Positions 13,820 through 27,700 of a stretch of DNA of 64,000 bases are shown here, piece after piece. The notes beneath the pieces are model-generated. The model saw nothing but the letters and a program-made list of their open reading frames with translations, was not told where the DNA came from and searched no databases. The stretch is from Camelus ferus (taxonomy: Eukaryota), in assembly GCF_009834535.1 (NCBI RefSeq), contig NC_045697.1, positions 21,020,001 to 21,084,000 of the forward strand. Direction: 5' to 3'. Position 1 is the first letter of the stretch. Each line of letters opens with the position of its first letter. Made by a program: the position numbers and the translations under genes.

Positions 13820-14885
13820 TCTTCTCTCCTTTCCTATTCTTAGTTATAGCACACATCTTCCCTGGACAATATCATCTAATTTCTAAATTTCAAAATACAT
13901 CCATACCAGATGGCTTATAAATGAGTCTTTAGTTGTGACCTCTCTTCTGGGCTCTGGATCCTTACATTCAACAAGGTCAGGAAATCAAATTTTTAAATCA
14001 CCTAAGTACCAAAAATTCAACATGCAAAAAGAGAATAAGTTATTTTCAGCAAACTTCTGAATTCCATATCTTAGTGAGTAACATCAATATTAAGTGATAA
14101 CACAAAGCAGGAAATTCAGAATCAGCCTTAACGCCTCATTTTTCTTCACCTCCTATGTCTATTTCGTCTTTAACGTTTTTGGATGCTTGCACTTAAAATT
14201 TTCCCCAATATATTTACTTTTATAATCCCCTTCCTTTTGCCTTATTCAGAACGCTATTATGTCTCACCTGGGTTATTAAAGCAGCATACCAACTTTGCCT
14301 CCAGTTTGTATACAATAACCCTGCTTTCATACAGGCAGAGAAATATTTCTGTAATACAAACTTGCTTGACATTAAAACCATTAGATGACATCTCATTGTC
14401 CTTAGAATGAAATCCAAATTCTTTCAGGAGCTCTATAAGCCTCTTCTGTATTTGGGAGTGCAGATTGTATGTACAGATATATTTCACATCTTCCCTTCAA
14501 AACCTTCCTTTCCAGCCATATTAAGTTTCCATTAGAAACAGCAATGTTCTTTTCTGCCTTCAGAACATTGTTTGTGCTGTTCTGCTTTATCTTCCCCCTT
14601 CACCTGATGACCCAATCTTCAGATTAAATTATACATCTTGCTTCCTCTGTGAAACCTCCGATGCCCTGCAGACAAGATGAGTAGCTTTCACCATGTGTTT
14701 CCACAGCACACTATATTCCCTATGGTAACACTCACCACAATTTTTTCTGTTTCGATGGTATACTTGTCTGTCTCTCCAGACTGTAAGGATCGTAAGAGCA
14801 GAGGCTACATCTGTAGTTACATTCTGTCTCTCATCTATAATAATCAATTAACATATATTTGTTTGGTTAATAAATAGTTATGAGT
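13820..14885 (+). mobile_element. LINE-2 3' fragment
   Basis: tgacctctcttctgggctc...aaattcaacatg...ctccagactgtaag...; decayed L2 tail. Confidence 0.7.
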
Positions 14886-17800
14886 CAAGAGTAAATTGAA
14901 AGTTTGTAGGAACGGCTGAAGCATTTATACACTCCCAAGAGACTCCCAGAACTTCGTTATTCTATTTACTCATAGAAATTTGCTTGCATTATTAAAAATC
15001 AGCATGGGCTGACTTTTGAACTTAACTTTTTTTTTTTAATTTGGAAATGTATTTAATAATATAACAAAAACTTCAGTATAACATAAGTACTGATATGATA
15101 GTTTTTTCTTTTACACCATATACACTTTCTAACTCACTGCCATGAATTAATTTAAACTTGAATGGTTTAGCTATACAGAATTTCAAGCTAACTTAAAGTG
15201 ATAATTTCTGCCAGACAAAGTTTCAATCTCTTGGACCTTTTGGGTCCAAGTTTATTTATGCAATTACTTGAATTTTCAGTATATTTTGCTTTTATTGTCT
15301 TATAAAAATTCCATTGAAAAATAAACTTGTTATGCCACAAATCCTAGATTTACGTATTGTTATAGACTCACTCATATTTATCAGAACAGAAAGCACTATC
15401 TTTCAGGAGAACTGGGGCATCCAGCAAAATGTGAATCTTGTTTAGAGGCCATTTGTGGTGTTCTCATTCTCTGTGTCAAATAGTAGCTTACACATAGTCA
15501 AATGACTCAGATAAATCCAGGAGATGTGATGAAAAATATTCTGAACAACCAATGGGAAACTGGACATAAGGTACAGGCATTCATTTTTTCTGACTTGGGG
15601 CATTTTTAATATATATTTTGTTTCCTGAAAGAATATGCTGGTTGGAAACAGCTGCAACCATCATGTGGCTCTGAGAAAAGTGCCAAGAAAATCGTACGTG
15701 GGCCTGTAAGAAACAGGTCTGAATTTGCTGAGCTGCTGAAAAGAAGTCTTAGATGTACTTTACTTCAAGATATCTTATATAAGTAGATAGTTTTTCCTCA
15801 TTCTTTATAGTTCTGATGACAAATTGAAATTACAATGAAATAATCATATTTCAGGCATATAAAAATGGAGTCATACAGTCATCAAGGATCTGGTCTTAGA
15901 CACTTCTTTGCACCACTGACAACTTGAATTTTCTCTGAATTGTATCAAACCCAAGGACACCACCAAGACTGTTCTGCAATCATTATAGGATATATATTAA
16001 TTCTAGATAATTTTGATTATCTAGACAAAATGATGCTTTTTTTGTATGTGTTCAAGATGTGTAGATTTTTAAGATAAAATGAAAAAGTGAAAAGAACCCT
16101 ACTTTTCCTGCAAAGTCTATATATTAGAATACAGAAACTACAATCAGCAAAAAATCTTAAGTTATTTATTAAGTCGGTTTGTTTCAAAATCCTATGAATT
16201 TTTTTTTGAAAAAAATACTTCTAACTACTGAACTTTATTATTGCTTTTTGGTTTGGGTTTTGGTTTCTTTTTCCCCCAGTATAATTATCACCATCCTTTT
16301 GATTTCTTAACCTGTGGGAAGAAAAGCTTATGCGTTCCTCTTTCTAACTTGGTCCGATGTCTATTGTTTAATAAAACCAAAGGTGAAGAAGCCTCGTTCT
16401 TCTTACTCCCCTCTGGTGTTCGAATTCACAGTGTTGAAAGTCAGCTGGTCTGATTTTTCTTTGGCGACATTACTGCACTAATGAGCACTCAGTGTAATCC
16501 ATTGAAAGAAGTTTTCCTGTGGAAATTGTTTGTTATTAATGGTGAGAATGAGCATTCTACACGAACACAAAATGATTTATTACAATTTTTTGCAACACCA
16601 GCAAATGGTTCTTACTTACCAATTTTTGCTTTCTTTGCAAAACTTTCTTTTTTTTTTTTTTAAATAGAAGTCATTGTATTCTTGATATTAATGATGGTAG
16701 TATTTCCAAACAATATAAGTTCTGAAAAAAGTTGGGGTGCTTTTTGGGGCAGCTGTTCTTGAGGCAATATAAAAGTGGTATAAATCTTTTGGTAAAAGGC
16801 TTATTTTTTACTTTCTTTATAATCACATTTTAAAATTTGTGTGTCCCACAATACCACATAATCCAATCCACTAAAGAAGGTGGTTCTACTTCAAAATATG
16901 AATATATATCCACAGGCTTTCTATTAACACATATTACCTCAAACTGCCTTTACATCCATAGATAATGTGTCAATGTCAGATGACATGACAAAGTTTGTAA
17001 AGCATTGTTTTACATACACATATTTTAACTGAATATTTCTAGATTTCATAGGCTTTCAGTTTTCACTTCCTTAGATTTTGGATTAGTCTCTGTACATTTT
17101 GTGTTAAAAACGTTTTTATTGATACTTGCGGTGACCTCACTTATTATAATAGCATACCTAATTACATTGTTTCTGTAATACATATAATAAATATGTCAGT
17201 GGTACATATAACTCAGTTTGCCATTTCAAAGAATGCTGGATATCATTTTTATCCTGAATGGTTCAGCAGGGCATTGTTCAAAGGAAACTTCTGAAGAGAC
17301 ATTATTAACATTCTGTTTGCTGAATTAGGCAAAATTCCGTCACCTGAATGATATTTTCCACTGTCTTTCAGTACCCAAACACATGAAACTTATAGTTTAT
17401 CCAAAAAGAATTCCTTCTAAATAAGATTCTTTGCTGGCATTAACTTTTCAGTGCTGAACATTTTACTCACAATAACTCTGGATCTTTCTGTGGAAAAGTT
17501 AAACATTTTTTTTTTTTGAGTTTTTGGGATCCATAGAATTACTGAATTAGAATCTCGGTTTTAATATCTCCTCTCTAGGCTGATGGCTGTGCAATCTGCC
17601 TAACAGCAATCCAGGTGCTTGCACTTGGATGCTCTAGTCTAACAGAACACACTAATTATTGGAGTGTCTGGCTCACCGCCAGCAATGAGTGGTCGTGTGG
17701 TTGTCCGTCTTGGAGACCAGAATCTTGATTGGGCATCAGTGATGTCTGGTGCTGGGTCCAGTTCTGACATGGAATTTGAGACAAGAGTGCTTTGCTCCCT

Positions 17801-18049
17801 TTCTCTGGGTTTCAGCTCTGGCCTGTGTAATTAGGGAATTGAACCTGACGATTTCCTGTAAAAATCCCTTGACAGGAAATTTAATGAGTCTTCAACATGC
17901 TTTACTCTATTAGAAAATATCATTTTATTAAAGTTATTGCATGTATTTAGAGGCTGTGAGGGACCATGGATTTTTGGGGGTTTTTGTCTCTTTTGTCTTG
18001 AATCACAGGAAAACTAACACCATGCACATAATTCTTAGAGTAGGCACTA

Positions 18050-18170
18050 TAATTCTTATAAAGTCAGATATATTTATCTATGTCATTCACTGATTTATTT
18101 CCAGTCTAGAAAATGCTGAACATGTAGCTATATGATCAGTAAATATTAGTTAAATAAATGAATTAATGAG
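18050..18170 (+). mobile_element. LINE-2 3' tail fragment
   Basis: cagtaaatattagttaaataaatgaattaatga tail. Confidence 0.55.
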
Positions 18171-18268
18171 TGGGCCATCATACAAAGTTTCCTGCTCATT
18201 AACAATAAAGCCAGCCTTCTTTTTTTCAAAGAGTCATTCTTTACTTGTCCATGGGTTGGAAAGAAATA

Positions 18269-18778
18269 CAAATCTTCCTGGTTTTATGATGGAGTTATGT
18301 CTGGGTAAACCCATTTTAAGTGGAAAATATCATAAGTTGAAAATGCAGTTAATACACCTAACCTATCAAACATCATAGCTTAGCTTAGCTTAACCTATCT
18401 AAAACATGCTCAGAATATTCGCATTATCCTACTGTTGGGTGAAATCATCTAACTCGAAGCCTATTGTATAATGTAGTATTGATTATTTCTTGCAATTTAT
18501 TGAATACTGTATGGAGAGTAAAAAACGGATTGGTTTTGTGGACATAGATGGTTGTAAGTGTATCAGTTGTTTACCTACCTTCACGATCATGTGGCTGACT
18601 CAGAGCTGCAGCTTGCTGCCCCTGCCTGACATCACAAGAGTGTATCATACCGTGTAGTGCTAGCCCAAGAAAAGGTTAAATTTAAAGTTCACAGTATGTT
18701 TCTACTAAGTATTACTTTAGCACCATCATAAAGTTGAAAAATAATTAAGTCTAACTATCCTAAGTGGAGGACCATGTG
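18269..18778 (+). mobile_element. TcMar-Tigger non-autonomous element (MER47/Tigger5-like)
   Basis: aatacacctaacctatcaaacatcatagcttagc core; TA target duplication on both sides (18267-18268 and 18779-18780). Confidence 0.85.
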
Positions 18779-18924
18779 TACTGTTTTTCTTCCAATCCAC
18801 CTATCAGGAATAGGCAAATCACTAATGTGATCTCAGCAAAGTTTGGTCACAGGATGGGAAAGTCTGCATCATACAATCCATTAGATGGTGGTGATTATGA
18901 TAATGATGATGGTGGTGGTGATGA

Positions 18925-19055
18925 TAGTTAATGTATGTTCTAAGCACTTAATATTCTTACAGCAATCCTATGAAGTAGGTTCTTTTCTTACCACCATTTC
19001 TGATAGAAGAGGAAACTGATGAATAAACAAGTTAACTTACTCAAGGTCAAAAAAT
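18925..19055 (-). mobile_element. MIR SINE
   Basis: acagcaatcctatgaagtagg...gaggaaactga...ttactcaaggtca, preceded by a (GAT/GGT)n tail. Confidence 0.75.
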
Positions 19056-19105
19056 TCCGAGATCAAATAATTGCCAGTCTTCTCTACTTGTAAGAATCTT
19101 CCGTT

Positions 19106-19107
<2 letters not shown>

Positions 19108-19142
<35 letters not shown>
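19108..19142. repeat. (CA)n microsatellite
   Basis: Direct reading. Confidence 0.95.
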
Positions 19143-19143
<1 letters not shown>

Positions 19144-19512
19144 TCAAATAATATTCCAGAAAACTGTGTGCTTAAGGAAACATTACCATATACCCATATG
19201 CACTATCCATAGTGCCACATTAAATTTCAAATACAGGAAAGGGAGTCAGACCTCAGAAATTGTGCTCTAATTCAAGGAAGAATTATTCATTTTGGAGCAG
19301 TCTATGTACAATAACCAAACACAGTCAATTAACATGTTCTGCAACTCATTGCCAGAAAAGCAAATTTTCACAATTTAGTACAGTTTTCTTCTGCCTTTTT
19401 CAATTAATACATCTTTAAGTTTTTTTGAAATTTATGAGGTTCACAAAGTTAAAAAATTGTCTTAGAATAAAAAGTATTAGTCACATCAGACTCAGTGACT
19501 AATGTTATTTCT

Positions 19513-19962
19513 TTGCATTAGTTTCCTAGGGTTTCTTTTACAAAGTACCTCAATCTAGGAGACTTAAGTAATGGAATTGATTGTTTTATATATCTGAAAG
19601 CTGAAGTTCTAGAAGTTGCTAAAAATTAAAGTTTTGGCATTGTTGCTTATTTCTGAGGACTCTGAAGAGGGATCTGTTTACTGGCTCTTCCCTAGCTTCT
19701 GGTGACTACTAGCAACCACTGGGACTCCTTGTCTTACAGGTGTGTTACTCCAGTCTCTGCCTCTGTTTTTTTTTTTACTTGCTACCTTCCCTGTGCATTA
19801 CAGTATCTTCTTATAAAAACATCAGTCACATTGGGAAGGTCCCAACCTTAATGATCTCATCTTAATTAAATCTGCAAAGACTCTACTTCCAAATAAGGTC
19901 ACATTCATAGGTCCTGGGGTTCAAGAATTTGACTTTTGGGGGTACACAATTCAACCCATAAT
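19513..19962 (-). mobile_element. MaLR solo LTR (MLT1B/C-like)
   Basis: tgcattagtttcctaggg...atctgcaaagactctacttccaaataaggtcacattc...acacaattcaacccataa. Confidence 0.85.
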
Positions 19963-20499
19963 GGTATTTTCACAAAATAGACATTTTCCCACAGTAATAC
20001 TAAAGACTAATTTGATTTCATTTTAAAACACTATTTTTTAAATTACACTTTATATAATGGTTAATATATGTCACGCATTTTGCTATCCGATCTACCTATA
20101 GCAGCTCATGAAATTTATACTACAACTTCAGACAATAGGGATTCGGACAAAGGAAATATGACTCCATACCTGCCCCATGGATCTTATGTTACATTTCTCC
20201 TTCAGTGTGACACACTTGTGCCTTTCTTTTTCTTCCTTCCTTCCCTTCCACTCCACCAGATCAGGATTCTCCCAGTCTGTCCTACAGATCCAGTGTTGCC
20301 TCTAAACATATCCTAGACACTCTTTCTCATTGCTCAAAAGTGACACAAATGATATTATTTTCTGATTTCTGAGATTTCAAGAAATGAAACAAAGCTAGCC
20401 TGCTGAAATATGTATGAATGGTTACGGGTGTATGGGTTTTCCTTCCTAGTCTCAGCTTTTGAAGCTTGTGGTGATCACAGGATGAGTAATTGTTTTAGC

Positions 20500-20790
20500 A
20501 GAAATTCAGAAGTTTTGAATCAAAAGGGTTTGATACTGAATTTATGCTTTGCCACAAAGTAGCTGACATGTTAAATCATACTTAATTTCTGTAAAATAGA
20601 GATATATAAACAGTGGGTTAACCTTATCATTCCTTTTTAGCAGGTTAGAAACCTGAGGTAGATGAAGTTTGGGTGACTTGCTACAGGTCACTCATCTAAT
20701 ACAGACGCAATCTCGATCCTGCATTGGACCATTCCATACTACTTTTGCAAGATTTTTTATAAGAATTAAATGAGAATACACTTATATTCA
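20500..20790. mobile_element. MIR fragments
   Basis: ttaatttctgtaaaatagagat; gaaacctgagg...gtgacttgctacaggtcac. Confidence 0.5.
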
Positions 20791-21137
20791 TAAATCATCT
20801 CCCTGTGAACCTCATCTTCACCTTTTCCTCTGTTTTTCTTAAATTAAGTCTGTTTGGCAATAAAAAGGCACTATAATTTTCCTGAAGACCTCCCTGCTGT
20901 TGCAAATCATATATCAACATTATATACATTTATCTTTAATTAATCTTCACAACCCTGTATCAGAACCAAATCCAGATGAAGGAAAAAGATAAATGAATAA
21001 ATGAAAAAAAGTGTAATATCATAATATATTCTAAAATATGCTTAGGTTTCTCATTTAAATAAGAAGCTAAATATTTAGCATTTTATGTTAAATGTGAATA
21101 AAATTATATGTTATATACATTTAGAAATGTTTATGAC

Positions 21138-21520
21138 TGTCTTAATCAGCTTGAGTTGCCATAATAAAATACCATTGACTAGGTGGTTTAAGAAACAGAA
21201 GTTTATTTCTCAAAGTTCTGGTGACTGAGAAGTCCAAGAGCAAAGTGCCAGCCAATCTGTTTACTGGTGAGGACTCTCCTGTGTTACAGACAACTGCCCT
21301 CTTGCTATGTTCTCACACGGCCTTTCTCAGTGCATCCAGAGGGGAGAGACAGAGAGCTAGAGACAAAGAAAGAGATCTCTCTTTTTCTACAAGTCCTCCA
21401 ATTCTACGGGATTAGGATCTTATCTTTTTTATGTCATCTAAATCTTAATTACCTCCTGGAAGCCCTGTCTCCACGTAACAGCCACATGGGGTGTTGGGGC
21501 TTCAGAATATGAACTTGGAA
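21138..21520 (-). mobile_element. MaLR solo LTR (MLT1A-like)
   Basis: tgccataataaaataccattgactaggtggtttaagaaacagaagtttatttctca...gaagtccaagagcaaagtgccagc. Confidence 0.85.
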
Positions 21521-22478
21521 TTGAGTACATAAGCTGACACTTAGCCTATTTAAAATGACTCATATTTAGATAAAATAAGACCCTGAAAGCAAGAAAAATG
21601 TGAAGCAGAATTTAAAATGTATCATCATAAATTCTAATTTTATATTATATAGTAAGTCTTAACTCTTTCATAACGATTGAAGCATCAGACTTTCTTAGCT
21701 TTTCTTGGATATTGGTACTTAGATTTGAATTGTCTTGTAACATTAGGTAAAGAATATTTTCCTATAGTCACAAAAACTACAAAAGTTGTTGGCATAATCT
21801 TACTGTAATTAAATTCCCATTTATAGATATTCTAGTGTTTGAACTGAAAGTGTTCTATTTCCATAAAACCTCAATATGCAGAATCTTATTATCCATGTTA
21901 CTACTCAAATGTTAAAAAGCTTAGAGTGTGAAAACACAGTTATATAGTCAATTTCCATTTAAGCAAAGAGGTTTAATAGAAGCATCAAATGTGCTATTTA
22001 CTGCATTAGTACTTTTCCAAGTCTTCTTGAAAGAAAGCTTTTACCTTCCTGTTTTACAACTATATTAAAGCCAATTATAGAAGAGCTCACTCAATTTTTA
22101 GATCAAAACTATTTGCCAGTAAGTCAATTATCCTGGTCAAACTGTGCTTTGAAAGGAAAGCACTGTGTTTAGGGAGTATGGAGAAAGAATTTTACACGCG
22201 TTTTAGAAGTTTCACGGCCTCCTTCACAGTGTGAGCTGGTCATGTAGTCCAGGCACTCCCGGAACTCCAGAATGTATGTACTTTCTCTTCCACTTTCCAT
22301 ACCTATACCCTGTTTCATCAACATCATCAATAAATGGGAATTATCAATTTAAATGCTCAAAATAAAGAAACCATTCTTTGAATGGTGTAATTTATAATTG
22401 TTTATTAACAAGGCTTATTTTTAAGATTTTTTAAAATGTAGGTATGATAAAATTTCTTTGGACAACCTACCTTCTTCC

Positions 22479-22479
<1 letters not shown>

Positions 22480-22519
<40 letters not shown>

Positions 22520-22528
22520 TGTGTGTGT
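22480..22528. repeat. (GT)n microsatellite
   Basis: Direct reading. Confidence 0.95.
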
Positions 22529-22800
22529 ACACAGAAAGAAAAATGAAGAGGAAGATACAGAGATTATTTTATGTGCCAAATACCATTTCAGATTCTAAGA
22601 GTATCAAAATTGACCAGTTCTTGCTCTCCAGGAACCCACCACCTGGCAGGGGAGACAGAGACATGAGCCAGAAACTCTTAAACAGTTGGTTTTGTACAAA
22701 GATATTATAATATGACTTGGTAGCACAAGGAAAGGCACAATAAATTCTCCTAAAGGATAAGAAAAGAAAGTCAAGAATGACTTCACGGAAAAGATGACTC

Positions 22801-23218
22801 TGCAGTGAAGAATAAACTTTACCCAAAGAGAGTTCTGTCCTGTGTCCCAGGTCCTGGGAGATAACCTCTAAACCTTTGGAATTTCCCAAGTTATAGGAGG
22901 GTCTTTGTTATTCGTGTGGGCTCCTGGACCTCATCTGATAGTTTATGATGACCAGATGACTCAGGTTGGGAGCTGGCTATACAAGAAAGAACAGCCATGT
23001 GACTTAAAGGCTGGGGCTTTGCCGGCTACATGAGAAATGACTCAATTGTGCCTATGTAATGAAGCCCCAGTCAAAACTAAGGAGACTAAAGTACAAGTAA
23101 CTGATTAGCAATACTTCGTGTATCTTCTTACTCATAGATGGCAGAATGGTAATACATGTCTCATTCCTGAGGACATGTGAGCTTTTTATTTGAACCCTAC
23201 CAGGCTTCAACCTACGTG

Positions 23219-23252
<34 letters not shown>

Positions 23253-23465
23253 GCCTGTTCAAATTTGCATCCTGTAATCATAAGTATAGCACTATATAGC
23301 ACTTTTGTTCCAGTGATTTATTGAACCTGAAGGTGACTGTGGAAACCTTTTAATTTATAGCCAGCTGGTCTGAATTAGGGGTGGCCTTGTGAAAACCCAA
23401 ACTTGCAGATGGTTTCTACAGTGAGGACAGTCTTGTGGGGACTATTCCCTGACTGTGTACTTTTC
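22801..23465 (+). mobile_element. ERVL-class LTR (MER21-like)
   Basis: cctgggagataacctctaaacctttggaatttcc...gcctatgtaatgaagcccc...cagtcttgtggggact. Confidence 0.7.
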
Positions 23466-24394
23466 CTATCTCATAACAGAGACATTTAAACTTGAGTGGA
23501 TAAACTTGTGGATCTAGGCACCTCAGTGGCTTTTCATGGACAATGAGTAATCCTCCCATGAAATAATTTACTCTGAGCTTGATACACCAAAATTCTGGGT
23601 TGTTGGAAGAAAGGGATGTACTCAGAATAAAACTTTCTGTTTCATTAACAATTACTTTTTTCCTACTCAGATCCATATTGGATTTTCATTTGAGTCCTAT
23701 TGAAACTAGAGGGAGAAAATAGAAGCATAGTAAGTAAAAATCATAAGATATTTTTCAACAAAAGCTGTTTAAGTTCTTGGGACACAAATAGAACTGCCTT
23801 GTTTCTGTTTTGAACAGATGAGTTGTATTAACTCACTTATTCATTTTGACCTCCTCCTACAATGCCTTTTTGTACTGCAGAGCTTATAAAACTAAAAGCC
23901 AAATTTTATGATTCCCTAACAACTAGAAGAAGTCTGAGTGTAATTTTGACATAACTGTGTAAATCTTGATTTGGAAATGAATCAAATGGGTGAGAAACAG
24001 GGCACGAGTCATTCATAGTACAGGTGTTCAGCAGAGCAGTGTTGCCAGAAGCTGTGATTATGGATTCCCACTTTGTAGATTATTATTCTGGATCATTATT
24101 CTGGAGCCAACCACTGTAATAGCGTTTTCCCTCTCCATAAGTAACATCTTGACATTATGGGTACAATGAGCTCCCTTGGGGTGCATTTCTGAGACAACCT
24201 TCTAGAAATCTTTTCTGAGGGTCCTGTATAGAGTCTGTCTGTTTAGACTAAATGAATCTGTAAGTCGATTTTAATGCAATGTTTAACCTAGTTATATTTT
24301 GCAAACAAACCCTAACTAATCAACTACGATAGACTTCTAGAAGAAGACACACACACACACACAAAATGGGAAACATGAAATCCCTAGACAAACA

Positions 24395-24485
24395 TGCTTC
24401 AACTGGGAGCTTGTTAGAAATGCAGACTCTCAGATGCAACTCAAGACCTACTAAATTAGAATCTGAATTTTAACAAGTTCCCTAT
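24395..24485. mobile_element. hAT-Charlie MITE (MER5A-like) fragment
   Basis: ctgggagcttgttagaaatgcagactctcag...gacctactaaattagaatctgaattttaacaag. Confidence 0.8.
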
Positions 24486-24519
24486 TTATTTTCAACTATT
24501 TTTCTTTCTATCAGAGAAA

Positions 24520-26200
24520 GAGATAAAATAAAGTAGCAAAACAAACAAATTTAGTCGTAACTGTTAAAAAGGCAATACAAGGAGATGATGTTATCACAGA
24601 GTGAGGGAGCAGGGTGGTGCCGCTTAATATATTTTGTCAGGATAAGGCTCTCAGAGGCTCTAACGTTTGGACTGAGATTGGTATGGTCTCAAGAGTCCAG
24701 GCATGAGAAGATCTGGAGAATATCTCATACAGATCTGTCAGCTGCAAAGATTTTGAAATAGGAATGGTTTGACGTGTTCAGAAAATAGGAATGCTATTAT
24801 GACTTGAATATGGTAAGTGAAGAGAAAATGAAAGGATCAGAGCGTAACTAAGCATGAACTTGATATGCATTTCCATCTCTGACATTAAAAGGATACATTG
24901 ACTAATACTAGCTTCAATTGGAAGAACTATTAGTGGATTTTAATCAAACAAATAATATGATATGATTTAACTTCCAAAAGGACAAAATAGGAAGAATAAT
25001 TTATAGGCTTGAATAACTGGAAGCAGGGAGTCTATTTAATAGATAGGCAAGAGATGAAAGAAGCTCAGACAACAGCAGTGACAGTCGAGATGGGGAAGAG
25101 CTGGAAACATTCATCGTTTTGTACATTATTTTAACAAGACTTTGTAATAGAGTGGATGTGAGAAGTAAGGGAAAGAGATAGTCAAGCATAACTGGGGTTT
25201 GTGGTTTAGCCAGCTGGTAGGATGATTCTGATATTCCTGAGATGAAGAAGGCAGAATAAGAAAGATTTAGTTGTAGGGTTTTTAAGAAGTCTGTTTTTGC
25301 ATATGCAAAGTTTAAGATGTCAGACTTACAAATGAAAATGGTAAATAGCAAGCTTGCTATGAGACTCAAGTTTAGGAAGAAAAGTCAGAGCTATAGCTGA
25401 AATTTGATGATCAATCTGCATTGATGTTATAGTCAAAGCCAGAAACATGGATGAAACTCCCCAGTTTAAAAAATTATATACATGTATAGAGACAATAGAA
25501 AGTATTCAGAACAAATCATTTGGGTTTCTCTTGCATCCACGGAATAAATGAAAAAGAGACAAAAGCATTGGAAGCTAAATGGATAAATTAGTAAAGTGGG
25601 AGGAAAAGAAGAAATAGATAGTGTTTTACTTAAGAGATAAGGAGCTTGATCAACACTGTCAAGGGCTGATAAAATTTCAGATAGAAGAGAAGAGCAGTTA
25701 CTCTTACTTCTGGCATAATGGAGACCACTGACGCTGTTATCAAGAACAGTCTGATGAACTGATAGGAATGGAAGAAGGAAATGCAAGCAGCAAGTCCAGG
25801 CAAATATGTTGCAATGTGTTTTACTAAGAATAGGACCAGAGGATTTGGGCAGTAATTGAAGCAGAATATAGGCTTGAAGTTTAAGGCTTTATTTAGTTTT
25901 TTGTTTGATTGATTGTTTTGTTTTATCTAATGGAAGGTAGTAACTTATGTTTGCATGCTGGCAGAATATTATTGCAATAAAAGCAATACATACATTAACT
26001 GCAAAGAAAAGTCCCTGACATGTTACAAGTGATGGGATCTGACAACAAAGAGGATTTTTTTTTTTAATACAGCAAAGCCTTCTTATGTTTCTTTTGTAAT
26101 ATGAAGGAACATAGAGAATGTGAATATAGACAGAAGTAGGTTTTTAGACATGGTAGTAGAAAGATAAGAGATTTTTTATTTTTTCAATTGACTGATAAAT
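24520..26200 (-). mobile_element. LINE-2 fragments
   Basis: Purine-rich decayed antisense L2 (atatgatttaac, ggcaagagatga, gatagtcaagcataactgggg). Confidence 0.6.
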
Positions 26201-26499
26201 CAGTTGAAAAATCCTTAGAGATAAATGCCAGGAGTTGTTGGATGACCATGTAGTCTTGCAGTTACTGTGGTAACTGTGGTAACTGAGGCAAACCAAAAGG
26301 TGAAGCATGATGGATTTAGTTCTGTTAGTCTTTTGAAGGAAGATGGCCAAGGAGTTCAAGCTAGAATATTTACCTTAAAGTTACTGGACACGTAGGCAAC
26401 ATTCTTTTTGCCAAACGATGGTACAGTGCACGTGAGTTTAAAAAAGTCTTATTTAAATCTATATGTAGCCAAATGACTAAATTCTGGCAAATGAGAATG

Positions 26500-27270
26500 C
26501 AATAGCTTCTGGTATTAACTACCTGGATTCATGCCAGTCTTCACAGGTTAAGGGCATAGTCCTCACAAGGCTGTCTTCACCTTACTTCATACTCCAGACA
26601 CTCTGATTAAGGACTGCAAATTCAGGAGTTCTTACTAACACTCAGGTTCAATAACTTGCTAAATAACTCACAGAACTCAGCAATATACTTATGGTTAGAT
26701 TTATTGTAACAAAAGAATACAAATTAGAACCAGCCAAAGGGAGAGATGCATAGGATGTGGTCTGGGAAGGTCCAAAATGTAAAACTTCCTTGTCCTCAAA
26801 ATGTATTATAGCCTTTTGACACATCGATGTGTGACAGTATGCAGAGTAATATCAACCAGAGAAGATGACTCAAGCTCCCTGCCCTGAGTTTTTGTTAGGG
26901 TTTCATTACATAGGCATGTTTGATTGAATCATTGTTTACATGACTGAATTCAATCTCTAGTCCTCTGTTCTTCCTGGAGGTTAGGCTGATATCACATGGC
27001 TCGAAGCTCCAACTCTCTAACCACGTATTTATTCTTTCTGTTATGGACAGCTGCCATTCTGAGTCATCTCCTTAGCATAAACTGTCAGGTTTGGTCCCAG
27101 AGACCCACGATGACCAACAAGTACGCTTCTATCACTAGGGGAACTCCAGGGATTTAGAGGTTACTTCCCAGGAACCAGGGACAAAGGTCAGCCAAATTCT
27201 TGATTCTAACAATTTAGTAGTTATACTTTCAGGAACCAAGAATGAAGACTTGTCTGATTATCTATTAAAC
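26500..27270 (-). mobile_element. ERVL-class LTR (MER21-like)
   Basis: cacaggttaagggcatagtcctcacaagg...actcacagaactcag...gggaactccagggatttagagg...ggaaccagggacaaagg. Confidence 0.75.
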
Positions 27271-27459
27271 AGAGATGTAATTAAAATGTTGTGCAGGTCC
27301 TCACTGAAATAGATTTAAAAGGAGTTGATTCTACCGTGAAGGAAACACATTTGAGCTTCTAGCATGTGTGGTTCTTTTGGCTTTCACCTAGGATATTATG
27401 TCTAGACCTCCAGCTTGGGTCATGAATTGACCTTGGGGATGAAAGCTACCTTCTAGAAA

Positions 27460-27700
27460 AGAGCTTGGCGTAATTATGACCGTGAGCTAAATTCAGCCCG
27501 TGACTTGTTTGTGTCTGTACACTTTTATTGGAGTACGGTCACACCTATTTTAGTAGGTATTGTCTGAAGCTACTTTCATGCTACACTGGCAACGTTACTT
27601 TTTATGACAGAAGCAAAGTTGTGATAAAGAAGGTGTGGCCTTCAAAGTCTACAGTATTTCCTGCCTGGGCCCTTAAGAAAAAAATTGTGTGTCCTTGATC
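27460..27700. mobile_element. hAT-Charlie MITE (MER58A-like) within decayed MLT1-like sequence
   Basis: ttttattggagtacggtcacacc...gctactttcatgctaca...tggccttcaaagtctacagtattt...gcccttaagaaaaaa. Confidence 0.75.

Noticed and set aside
16002..16025. 10-bp hairpin TCTAGATAAT/ATTATCTAGA
   Set aside because: Short and AT-rich; expected by chance
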